IMG/VR virus record: IMGVR_UViG_3300009509_000006
Coordinates: 34,059-98,058 of that record
Length of the DNA: 64,000 nt
Reading direction: 5' to 3' (one strand)
Source: a virus
Part shown: one piece after another, positions 27,409-35,760 of the stretch
Numbering within the stretch: position 1 is the first letter of the stretch
How the letters are laid out: every line of letters begins with the position of its first letter
The notes under the pieces: generated by a model
What the model was told of the DNA's origin: nothing
The model's database searches: none
Seen by the model: only the letters and a program-made list of their open reading frames with translations
Made by a program: the position numbers and the translations under genes

Positions 27409-28959
27409 TCAATCCGCTCCAGGCGGCATCAACTCCTTCAGGGCTCCGAGGCCAACACCGAGACCATTGAAATCGGTGTCCTCACTGAGTGCTCTCCTGA
27501 CAGGCGTATCCGGCCAGGGCTCCTCCTCGTCGAACGGTGTGTGTCCGACTCCGCCCCCCAATTGACGGCGAATCCGCGAAACCGTGGATTCGATGGCCTC
27601 CAGCGAACGCTTCGGAGGCCGGAACTGCTCGATGATCGAGTCGACGTCTTCGCGAGACGACAGGGCCGATCGGTCGAACACTTCCCTGATCTGCTTGGCC
27701 CTCGGGTGCTTGCCGATACGTCTCTCCCCGTACAGCTGAAGGCCCGTGATGTGCAGTGCTTCGGCAGACTTGTGTAGCGCGGTCTCCAGGTCGCGCACAC
27801 GGTCGTGCAGCTGCTCGAACTGAGCTTCGGCGCGCTCGGTGAGCTCGCGGTGTTGCTCCTGCGCCTGTTCCTCCTCCAGACGCAGCTCTTCGAGATGCTC
27901 TTGCACAGAGGCGAGCTTCGACTGGAAGTCCGCCTCGGATTCGAACCGCGAGAGGTCTCCGACCAGTTGCCGCACACGCTCGGCATCCGGGTTCTGGTGC
28001 AACTCTCGCTCCATGTACCAGGCGAACCCGGCCACCTGGGCCAGAGTCACCAGCTTCTCGTTCTCTTCCTCGAGTTCGGCCACGCGGGCACGCACCTTGT
28101 CTCTCGACTCTCGCAGCCGAGCGATCTCTTCGTCTCTGCGCTCCAGGGCTTCGCGGGCTTCTCCGGATCGCATGAAAGGCGCGAGAGCCTCTCGGATCAC
28201 GTGGAAGGCCTCGACCTTCTGGAGCGTCTCGTCGCTGCGCAGCTCGGCCCGGACGTCCGCCTCGACGACCGTGCGCAGCTCGGACATTCGCGTCAGGATG
28301 TCCGTGGCGATCTCGGCATTCATGTCGGGATCGCCCGAAGCGTTCTCTTCGGGAAGGAACTCGTCCCCTTCCGGGAACTCGATACCTTCGAACAGGAGCA
28401 TGCTGTCAAGGTCGACACTCTCGCCGACCATTGTCGGGTAGGCGGTCTGATCCGCGGGGTCGGCAACGAAGTCGAATGCGATGAGCTTGTAGTCCTCCTG
28501 GACCACGTTCTCGCCGAACTCGTTTGGCTTCGTCGTCCCGTAGCCTCGGGACGAGATTCCGACCTTGCCTCCCTCACGCAGGATGGCTGCGAGATCCTTG
28601 CCCGCCGCCGTACCGAGGATCTGCGCCTCGCCGTACACGACATCGTCGCGGACCTCGAGCTTCGTGATCAGGTGGCTTGCCCTGGACAGCTTCGTTTTGC
28701 CGTCTTCTGGATGATCGAGCTCGCCGTAGCACTTTCGCTCAGCAAGGCGCGGCAACAGGCGCTTGATCTCCCGCTCCCACAGAGCCTTTGGGTAGACGCG
28801 CTTATTTTCGGTCGGGATACCGGCGCGGGCGAACTCACCGCGCATGAAAAGACGCTTCGTTGCCACGTCTTCGACGAGCTCGAGCTCGGTCCCCTCGATC
28901 CACTCGATGAGATGATTGAGGTCGCCGACCTTCGTGTCTTCTGTGAGCTGCTTCGTCAT
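27409..28959 (-). CDS. Prohead protease (gp21-like) fused to coiled-coil scaffold (gp22-like)
   Basis: NKRVYP, GELDHP, SHLI, VGISSRGYG and FDFVADP motifs; Glu-rich coiled-coil C-terminus. Start taken at the TGATG overlap (28959); 28974 is an alternative. Confidence 0.93.
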   Translation of the reverse strand: MTKQLTEDTKVGDLNHLIEWIEGTELELVEDVATKRLFMRGEFARAGIPTENKRVYPKALWEREIKRLLPRLAERKCYGELDHPEDGKTKLSRASHLITKLEVRDDVVYGEAQILGTAAGKDLAAILREGGKVGISSRGYGTTKPNEFGENVVQEDYKLIAFDFVADPADQTAYPTMVGESVDLDSMLLFEGIEFPEGDEFLPEENASGDPDMNAEIATDILTRMSELRTVVEADVRAELRSDETLQKVEAFHVIREALAPFMRSGEAREALERRDEEIARLRESRDKVRARVAELEEENEKLVTLAQVAGFAWYMERELHQNPDAERVRQLVGDLSRFESEADFQSKLASVQEHLEELRLEEEQAQEQHRELTERAEAQFEQLHDRVRDLETALHKSAEALHITGLQLYGERRIGKHPRAKQIREVFDRSALSSREDVDSIIEQFRPPKRSLEAIESTVSRIRRQLGGGVGHTPFDEEEPWPDTPVRRALSEDTDFNGLGVGLGALKELMPPGAD

Positions 28960-29189
28960 CAGTACCGCCGCCATCGAAACTGACCCCGTAGCGGGGTCCT
29001 ATCCAGGAGACCGGGCTTCTTGCGAACAACCCGGGACTTGCGCTGTGTGGCCTTCTGGTAGTTGAAAGCGTCTCTCCTCCCACTCGAGGTGGACACGCGG
29101 CGTCCCCGCGTCGAATGCGAGAGCGTAGGCCTTGTCGGTTTGATTCGCCGGCGCGCTACGATCCCGCGGTTCCGCCTCAGTCTTCCCCC
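28959..29189 (-). CDS. Arg/Lys-rich 76-codon open frame, candidate -1 frameshift extension of the upstream core protein
   Basis: Fills the intergenic gap, has no start codon near its 5' end, is entered at G GGG GAA, and ends TGATG on the protease start. Confidence 0.55.
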   Translation of the reverse strand, partial: GGRLRRNRGIVARRRIKPTRPTLSHSTRGRRVSTSSGRRDAFNYQKATQRKSRVVRKKPGLLDRTPLRGQFRWRRY

Positions 29190-29923
29190 TGGTCGTCGCC
29201 CTCCACGATGCTCTCGTACACCTCGCAGGCGTCGAGAAGAACCGAGAACTGCGATTCGAAAGCCTCTTGAAGAGCCTCGAGGTCCTCGATGTCACCCTCT
29301 TCGATGGCATCGACAACCGTGCCGGCGAGGTTCGCCAGGCCCACGCAGCTGTCCGCGAGCTCGGCGAGCTCTTCGTCCTCGTCTTCGTTCGCGAAGAAGC
29401 GGAACGCCTCGCTCAGAAGCGCCGCGATCTCCTGGATGTACCCGAAACCCTCGTGCGCTTCGGTCAGGACATCGTCACGGTCGATCTCGACCGCCTCGGG
29501 CTCGGTGTGATCGACGAGACCCTTGATCTCGCTGATCAGGTCCGTGATGCGCCCCAGGGCGACATCGTCTTCCTTGCGAGTGCCCTTTCGGAGAGCCGCA
29601 GCTGCGACCTTCTCCTTGTGGGTCTGCCACTGCGGGCGTTCGTACTTCTTCTCGCGCTTTCGAGCGGCAGCCTTTCCTTTGCCACCTCGGCGATAGCGCC
29701 GGCCACGAAGAAGCTCCTTCATGGGAGTCCTTGCCAATGTCTTTTTCGTCCCGATGCGACGCTTGATTCGGACGCGCTCTTCGAGCTCGCCGTCCTTGTC
29801 GTCGTCGTCGCCCTCGAGCTCGGGGTCCGTCGTGACCTCGTCCTCCTCGGGGAGCACGTCTTCGCTCAGGAGCCCGATCGCCTTGAGGTCCTCTTGCAGG
29901 GACCGCACTACGACGTTGTACAT
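29177..29923 (-). CDS. Prohead core protein (gp67/gp68-like)
   Basis: Alternating acidic and Arg/Lys blocks; position between portal and protease genes. Confidence 0.65.
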   Translation of the reverse strand: MYNVVVRSLQEDLKAIGLLSEDVLPEEDEVTTDPELEGDDDDKDGELEERVRIKRRIGTKKTLARTPMKELLRGRRYRRGGKGKAAARKREKKYERPQWQTHKEKVAAAALRKGTRKEDDVALGRITDLISEIKGLVDHTEPEAVEIDRDDVLTEAHEGFGYIQEIAALLSEAFRFFANEDEDEELAELADSCVGLANLAGTVVDAIEEGDIEDLEALQEAFESQFSVLLDACEVYESIVEGDDQGED

Positions 29924-29934
29924 TCCGATTCCTC

Positions 29935-30819
29935 CTACTCGCTCAGTTTGTCTGCCACTCCCTGCAGGAAGCCCCCCGCGACCTGATACGCCGGGAATTC
30001 CAAGGCCAGTGCGTCATACAGTCTGCTCAACTGTTCGGGGCAAGAAAGCCCAAGTGTCGCATCTTCGACGAGACGCCCGAGGCCTTCGAGGTCGTCCGCA
30101 AGGTCTCTCCCGAACGAGACAAGAGCATCGCCGAGGCCATCTTCGAGCCTCGAAGTGCCTTCTGTGATGCCCTCTACAGAAGCATTCACCGAAGAGGCCA
30201 AATCGTCAAGACCTTCGGCCAGTTTCCTGACCTCTTGCCTGACGAGCAACAGGGTCTCGGCATCCGTGCCCGCGTTCTGGTGCTCCAGGAGTTCTGTGAG
30301 CCCAGGCTCGAAAGCCTCGTCGACCTCACCCGCAACCGCCTCGAATTCCGAGGACTTGGCCTCGTAGGCCTGGCGCCACGGACGAGGCCTCTTGATCGCT
30401 TCGACCATTCTGTCGACACGCTGTTCGTCAGTGAGTGGCGGGCAGTGCGGTGCGATCGCCTCGAGGAGTTCCATGGCGGCGCTCTCGTTGCCTTCGGCGA
30501 ACAAACGAACGGCACGCATGGCATCTCGGATCCGGAAATACTCGGCGTCCTCACCCCTGTAGATCGGGATCTCAAGGGGCTTGGAGTCGACAAGGTCCGA
30601 GCCGTCAAAGCTCAGATCGAGAAAGCGGCCGTCCTCGGAGGCCACGATCGCGCGGTCTTCGAAGGTACCCACGGTCCAGAAACGGACCCCGTCCTCGAAA
30701 ATGCGATCCTGGTTTCGTTCGATGGCGTGCTGAACGTCACCAATCTTGGCTTCGAACGAGCCAGAAAGGATGGGCCGAAGAGCTTCGGCAGGGACGAACG
30801 TTTCAGCCTGTTTCGACAC
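29935..30819 (-). CDS. Hypothetical acidic head-module protein
   Basis: GAGGT ribosome-binding site; follows the portal gene. Confidence 0.7.
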   Translation of the reverse strand: MSKQAETFVPAEALRPILSGSFEAKIGDVQHAIERNQDRIFEDGVRFWTVGTFEDRAIVASEDGRFLDLSFDGSDLVDSKPLEIPIYRGEDAEYFRIRDAMRAVRLFAEGNESAAMELLEAIAPHCPPLTDEQRVDRMVEAIKRPRPWRQAYEAKSSEFEAVAGEVDEAFEPGLTELLEHQNAGTDAETLLLVRQEVRKLAEGLDDLASSVNASVEGITEGTSRLEDGLGDALVSFGRDLADDLEGLGRLVEDATLGLSCPEQLSRLYDALALEFPAYQVAGGFLQGVADKLSE

Positions 30820-30823
30820 CGCT

Positions 30824-32659
30824 CTACCTCGCGTGATGCGGCCTCCGGTTTAGCTCTCGAGTGTGCATTCGAATCTCCCGGACCTGAGCAGCAATGCGAC
30901 TCTGCTCCCTGACCAGGCGCCCCCAAGGCGTGTTCGAGTACATATCCCCACGAAAGCCCATGCCAGATGGCACCCGCTCAGAGATACCATTGCCCCCCGC
31001 ACCGATCAAGTACGGTGCCCTGGGGGTGCCAGTGAACAGCCGAGGACGCCGGCCGCCGAGAAGCAGGTTTCCGTATGGGGCCCGGGACTCGAATCCGCCG
31101 CCACCTTCCTGCCCACCTTGTGCAGCCATCATAGCCTTCTGCATGAGGGCTTGCGCCTGGCCTTCGATAGCGCCCTGACGCACAGCCTCCTCGTCGCGCT
31201 GATCCATGATAGTGCGAATCTCGTCGTCCGTCAGGCCCTCACCGTGCTTCAGCGCGTATTGGAGCGATACGTGCTCGCGCATACGGCTCATCCAATCGGC
31301 CCGAGCGTTCTTCACCTCGAGCTGCGCCAGCTCGAAGATCGAGCTCGGCACCGTGAACTTCACCTCGAACTCGACGTTGTCCGGTGGGATCCCAAGAGCC
31401 GCCAGGTGCACACGGAAGACCTTCTCGAGTCCCTCGCGCAGGCACTGCTGCAGTCTCATGACCGTGCGCGCGAAACGGACGTCCTCGCTCGACAGGATCG
31501 CCCGGTTCACGCCCTCTTCCTGTGAGAAGTAGGCCTTCGGCACCTGCATCGCCGCGAACAGCTTGCGAAGGAAATATTCGATGTCTTCCATGTGCTGCCA
31601 GTTCGGACCGCCCAGCAGCTCGATTCGTGTAGCCTCGGTACCATTGATCACAGGCACGAAGAAGTCTTCGTCTTGCGCCAGTGCGTCGAAGCGCAGGTCG
31701 CGCTGATTCGTGATCGGGTTGACGAACTTCTTCTTTTTGTACTGCTGCCGGATCTTGTGCAGCATCTTGAGGGCTTCGTGCGGCGGCAGGTTGCCCGTGT
31801 CGACGTAGAAAGCGAAGCGCTCGGGAGCGCGCTGCAGCCTGTAGACCAACGCAGCGTCTTCCAGAAGGATCAGCCGCTTCCAGATCCAGCGAGCCGGCTC
31901 GAGAATGCTCCAGCCGTAGACAGAGCGGCGGTGCTTCGCGCGCATTCGAAAGTGCGCGACCTGCCAGTTCTCGAACGGGATCACTTCGTTGTAGCCGACG
32001 CTTCTCGGCGGCGTCGCCGAGAGCTCGTTCGGCTGCCCAGGGCCTTTGTACTGGAATTGGAAGCGCTTCGAGAGCAGGTCCTGGAACTCTTTCGGCGAGA
32101 ATCCGATGCGCCGCTTGAAGTCCTGGACGAAGCCGTAGAGCTCGCCACGGGGTCCCTCGATGCGCCGCACAGAGTGCGCAGGCAAGTGATTCAGCCCGAC
32201 GACGCCCTCCTCGGCAACCAGGATCTCTTCGTAGTCGTTGCCTGTCTTCGACGTCGACCGGGCGATCTCCCACAGGTCCCTATCTTCCAAGCGCAGGGTC
32301 CGGTGGAACAGATCGTTTCCGAGTTGGGCAATATCGCGGTCCGGGCTCTCCACCCAGACACGGCGCCCACCTGGTGTGTCTGGCTGCGTCGCGTCGTCGG
32401 CGTAGATGTTGAGCGCGGCGCTCACCTCCGGGTAGTCGTCCATCGTTTCGTAGTCGATGAACCGCGACATGAGGTCTTGCTCCAGCTTGAGGTAGTCCGC
32501 CACGACATCGTAGCCGTAGCTCTGGAGCATATCGTAGGCCGAGCCTGGAAGCGTAGCGGCTGTCGCTCCTTGAGCCAGGCGCAGCTGCACCTGCTCTTTG
32601 TCCCTGCCGAACCAGGAGCGGATACCACCGAACACGCGGTTCATGAAGCCAGGCATCAA
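30824..32659 (-). CDS. Portal protein (T4 gp20-like)
   Basis: YETMDDYPEVSAALNIYADD, LLEDAALVYRLQRAPERFAFYVDTGNLP, EDFFVP and DIEYFLRKLFAAMQVPK motifs. Confidence 0.97.
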   Translation of the reverse strand: MMPGFMNRVFGGIRSWFGRDKEQVQLRLAQGATAATLPGSAYDMLQSYGYDVVADYLKLEQDLMSRFIDYETMDDYPEVSAALNIYADDATQPDTPGGRRVWVESPDRDIAQLGNDLFHRTLRLEDRDLWEIARSTSKTGNDYEEILVAEEGVVGLNHLPAHSVRRIEGPRGELYGFVQDFKRRIGFSPKEFQDLLSKRFQFQYKGPGQPNELSATPPRSVGYNEVIPFENWQVAHFRMRAKHRRSVYGWSILEPARWIWKRLILLEDAALVYRLQRAPERFAFYVDTGNLPPHEALKMLHKIRQQYKKKKFVNPITNQRDLRFDALAQDEDFFVPVINGTEATRIELLGGPNWQHMEDIEYFLRKLFAAMQVPKAYFSQEEGVNRAILSSEDVRFARTVMRLQQCLREGLEKVFRVHLAALGIPPDNVEFEVKFTVPSSIFELAQLEVKNARADWMSRMREHVSLQYALKHGEGLTDDEIRTIMDQRDEEAVRQGAIEGQAQALMQKAMMAAQGGQEGGGGFESRAPYGNLLLGGRRPRLFTGTPRAPYLIGAGGNGISERVPSGMGFRGDMYSNTPWGRLVREQSRIAAQVREIRMHTRELNRRPHHAR

Positions 32660-32970
32660 CCCCTCGCCGCCAACTGTGTGAGGAACGTCTCCTGAAAGAG
32701 ACGCGGGTCCTTTAGGTAGGCTCTCAGGCGCTTGGCCAGCGCTTCGGACAGTCCCTCGACGCCGACATAGTCTGCCGCACGGAGGCCTTGCGCTTCAAGA
32801 CCGTCCGCCAATTCCTGCGCCGCAAGGATGCCGAGGTTCTCGACTATGGGCTCCAGGGGGATGGCCTCCGCGATCTCTTTGGCCTTTTCCCGAGCGAGGC
32901 TCGACACAGAGAGCAGAGTCGACGCGAGGTCTCCCTCGAATATACGCCTCGCGGCTTCCAGTGCATTCAT
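32656..32970 (-). CDS. Hypothetical protein
   Basis: Coupled ORF between terminase and portal genes. Confidence 0.7.
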   Translation of the reverse strand: MNALEAARRIFEGDLASTLLSVSSLAREKAKEIAEAIPLEPIVENLGILAAQELADGLEAQGLRAADYVGVEGLSEALAKRLRAYLKDPRLFQETFLTQLAARG

Positions 32971-32973
32971 GAA

Positions 32974-35001
32974 TCACCCCACGAGGAAAGGCATGGACCC
33001 CCACTCTCTCGCTGTGTCCACCGACAACCCCATCGAGTTCAGCGCATCCCGGTGCCCAGCAGCCACTGCATGTTGTTGCTCAACCATCCAGGCCTGGCTG
33101 TCCGGGTCATCGTAGGTGCTCAGGCCCATCAGGAACGGGGTCGGCGACACGTTCCGAACGGTCTTGAGCGAGTACAGTGCCCCGGCCATCGCGTCGGAAA
33201 CATCCTTTGCACCATTGCGTGGCTTGAGCACCTTGCGCTTCTCCCAGTCGGCCTCAAGGGACTGCAACTGGTTCAACACAGGGTTGTAGGCGTAACACGA
33301 CACGCGGTCCTCGTACAAAGCCTGCTTGAGAGTCTGGTACGGATCCCACGTTCTGTCCATCGAAACTTGATCCGTCGTGAACCCCTTCTTCGACAGCGTC
33401 TGCAAGCTGTCGATGGACTGCCACTGATCCATCGTGACGTGCACGATCGGGAATCCGTGAGCCTTCAGGTCGTAGACGAGTTGGCGGTACAGCGCGAAGT
33501 CGAGGTCCCCTCCGGGAGGTGGGACGATTTCGAGGATCAGGTCGATCACATACTGCGGTGCGAGCTCCTCGTAGACCCGGAGGCTCGAGTCCATTCGCCG
33601 CACCGGCACCTGCCCACCAATGTGGGCCATGCAGAGACCGGCCGAGCAGTTGTTCAGAGCGGGGTCGATGTGCACGTGGCGCTGCGCCGACGGATTCAAG
33701 AGTGGGATCAGCTTCTGCTCGGTCTCCTTGAATCCCGTGCGAACCGCGATCGCCCGCACAAGCTTCTCCCACAGGAAGTCGCCTCCAAGCGACGGGTCGA
33801 AGACCTCCGAGGTGAAAGGGTGCTCCCGAGTCGCATCCACCATGTCGTGGATCTTGTCTCGGCGTTGAATGAACGGCGAGACTGCGGTGGTTGCAATCCC
33901 GGCCAGGTCACGAATCGAGCCCTCGAGGTCGGAGGTGAACTCCGATCGCAGGTCCTCGGGAACCTCGATGAGCACTGTGCGCTCTGGTTGGTTCTCCTTG
34001 ATCAGGACAGCTTCGTCCTCTCCCAGAATCCGGGAGCGCACCTGCTCGTTGCCGCACAGTACGTAGAAGCGCCGGGGACCATAGTCGTCTGGCTTGACAT
34101 CCCAGAGTGCGTAGTCACGGACAAAGATCGTCGAGTCGTACTTCGCCGCTTCGATTCTCTGCTGGATGAACGAATCGTGCGTCGCCTTCGAGCTCGGGAG
34201 GAAGAGCTTGCCAGCGCGTCCATATCGCGAGTGGATCCGGCGCTTGATCGAATCGTACAGGTCTTTCGCCATGTTGACCGCGCCGAAACGGTCGTTCGCC
34301 TTCTTCTTCCTGACGGGCAGGAAGTTGCCCTCGTCGATGAGGCCAGCGATCAGGTTCATGCCGAGTGCGCCACGCGGCGTTGTCGCCCTGGAGACCACCA
34401 GCACGTTGTTGGGGAACCGGATGTTCTTCTGCGTGATCTTGAAGGGGAAGTGCTCAGCGAAGTAGGGGCTCTGCGCGATCTTGCCCACAACGTTCTTGAG
34501 CGCGACCTCTTTGGCCAGCTCCTCGTTCGCGCTGAAACAAGCAATCGAGATGGGGGCCTCTTTCGAAAGACCGTAGGCCCGCTGCGGCTGATGCAAACAC
34601 GAGAGCTCGTAGAGCATCCGACAGATGCCGATCGAGCACGAGAACGTCTTGCCCGTCCCGATCGCTCCCGTGAAGATCACCTCGCTGTACTGCCCATCGA
34701 AGACCTCGATCAGGTCATCGAGCAGTTGTGGGAAGATCACGTTGCACGTCTCGCCCAGATAGTACGGGTCGAGGATGAACGTGCGCATGTCGACGGGCTC
34801 GCGGATGTACTGCGCCGTCGCGATCTGGTCGACAACCCTTCTGCCTTCGTGCTCCAGGTCTTCGCCGAGCGCCTCCGCATACATCTGGAGCACGAGCTCT
34901 TTCTCGCCAGGCGAGAGCTTGTGGAATTCAGCAGCTACCAACTCTTCGAGGTCGTCGACAGTCTGCTCGCTCCAAGATCGACCCTGCTCCTCGTGGATCA
35001 T
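32974..35001 (-). CDS. terL: Terminase large subunit
   Basis: Walker A GAIGTGKT, Walker B GLIDE, nuclease motifs HIDPA...DQWQS...KDVSDA. Confidence 0.93.
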   Translation of the reverse strand: MIHEEQGRSWSEQTVDDLEELVAAEFHKLSPGEKELVLQMYAEALGEDLEHEGRRVVDQIATAQYIREPVDMRTFILDPYYLGETCNVIFPQLLDDLIEVFDGQYSEVIFTGAIGTGKTFSCSIGICRMLYELSCLHQPQRAYGLSKEAPISIACFSANEELAKEVALKNVVGKIAQSPYFAEHFPFKITQKNIRFPNNVLVVSRATTPRGALGMNLIAGLIDEGNFLPVRKKKANDRFGAVNMAKDLYDSIKRRIHSRYGRAGKLFLPSSKATHDSFIQQRIEAAKYDSTIFVRDYALWDVKPDDYGPRRFYVLCGNEQVRSRILGEDEAVLIKENQPERTVLIEVPEDLRSEFTSDLEGSIRDLAGIATTAVSPFIQRRDKIHDMVDATREHPFTSEVFDPSLGGDFLWEKLVRAIAVRTGFKETEQKLIPLLNPSAQRHVHIDPALNNCSAGLCMAHIGGQVPVRRMDSSLRVYEELAPQYVIDLILEIVPPPGGDLDFALYRQLVYDLKAHGFPIVHVTMDQWQSIDSLQTLSKKGFTTDQVSMDRTWDPYQTLKQALYEDRVSCYAYNPVLNQLQSLEADWEKRKVLKPRNGAKDVSDAMAGALYSLKTVRNVSPTPFLMGLSTYDDPDSQAWMVEQQHAVAAGHRDALNSMGLSVDTAREWGSMPFLVG

Positions 35002-35699
35002 GACGCCTCCGCTACGTCTGCTGCCTCATCTTCTTCGGCCTTCTTAGCAGCGAGTGCAAGCATCCGGTGGACAAGCCCGAGCGCCTTCTGTCGGCTCTTC
35101 GGGCTCTCGGCGACCTCGGCGAAGGCCGGCGCCGCCTGCGCAAAGCTGAGCGAGATCTGAGGACCCTGCTGGTCCACCTCGAGCACACCAAGATTCCTCT
35201 TCGTGATACCGAAGTCCATCTGGACCTGGGCGTAGGCTTGCAGGATCGCCCGTGCTTCTTTGACCTCGCGAACCGTACTCTTGAACAGCTTGTTGATGTT
35301 CTTCTCAGTCGTCGCGTCTATCTGGATTCGTTTCTGCTGCAGCCGGAACAATTCCTCGAGCTCCCTGAGCACATCGAGGCCCTCGGTGATCTGTGTCACT
35401 GCCTTCGTGTGCGTCGAGGGGGCAACCGAGCGAACCATCTGGGATGGCGGGATCTCCTTCGCGTACTCTGAGATCGCCCGGGCAACCGTCGCAGGCTTCG
35501 CATCCGTGTACTCGCCCTTCTCCTCCTGGATGAACCGAACGACGTCAGTGGTACGCCAGCCATTGACGATCCGCTCGTGGACCTGTTCGAAGCAGTCGAG
35601 CCCCTTCAGCCTGCTCGTGAAGTTCGGCTTCTTCTTCTTCTTGCGAGTCCTTCTCTTGCGACTCTGGGGCGAAATGGCGGGATTCGTGCGTGATTCCAT
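34998..35699 (-). CDS. Putative terminase small subunit
   Basis: Overlaps the terL start (ATGA); HTH-like N-terminus followed by a coiled coil. Confidence 0.65.
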   Translation of the reverse strand: MESRTNPAISPQSRKRRTRKKKKKPNFTSRLKGLDCFEQVHERIVNGWRTTDVVRFIQEEKGEYTDAKPATVARAISEYAKEIPPSQMVRSVAPSTHTKAVTQITEGLDVLRELEELFRLQQKRIQIDATTEKNINKLFKSTVREVKEARAILQAYAQVQMDFGITKRNLGVLEVDQQGPQISLSFAQAAPAFAEVAESPKSRQKALGLVHRMLALAAKKAEEDEAADVAEAS

Positions 35700-35704
35700 G
35701 GGAA

Positions 35705-35752
35705 GCCTCGCTTTACTATCGCCAGTCTAGGCGATACAGCGAAGCATGTCGA
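35705..35752 (-). promoter_or_regulatory. Putative late-operon promoter TCGACA-N17-TAGACT with the -10 box inside an inverted repeat
   Basis: -35 at 35747-35752 and -10 at 35724-35729; TATCGCC/GGCGATA arms flank the -10. Confidence 0.55.
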
Positions 35753-35760
35753 ATCGCGCC

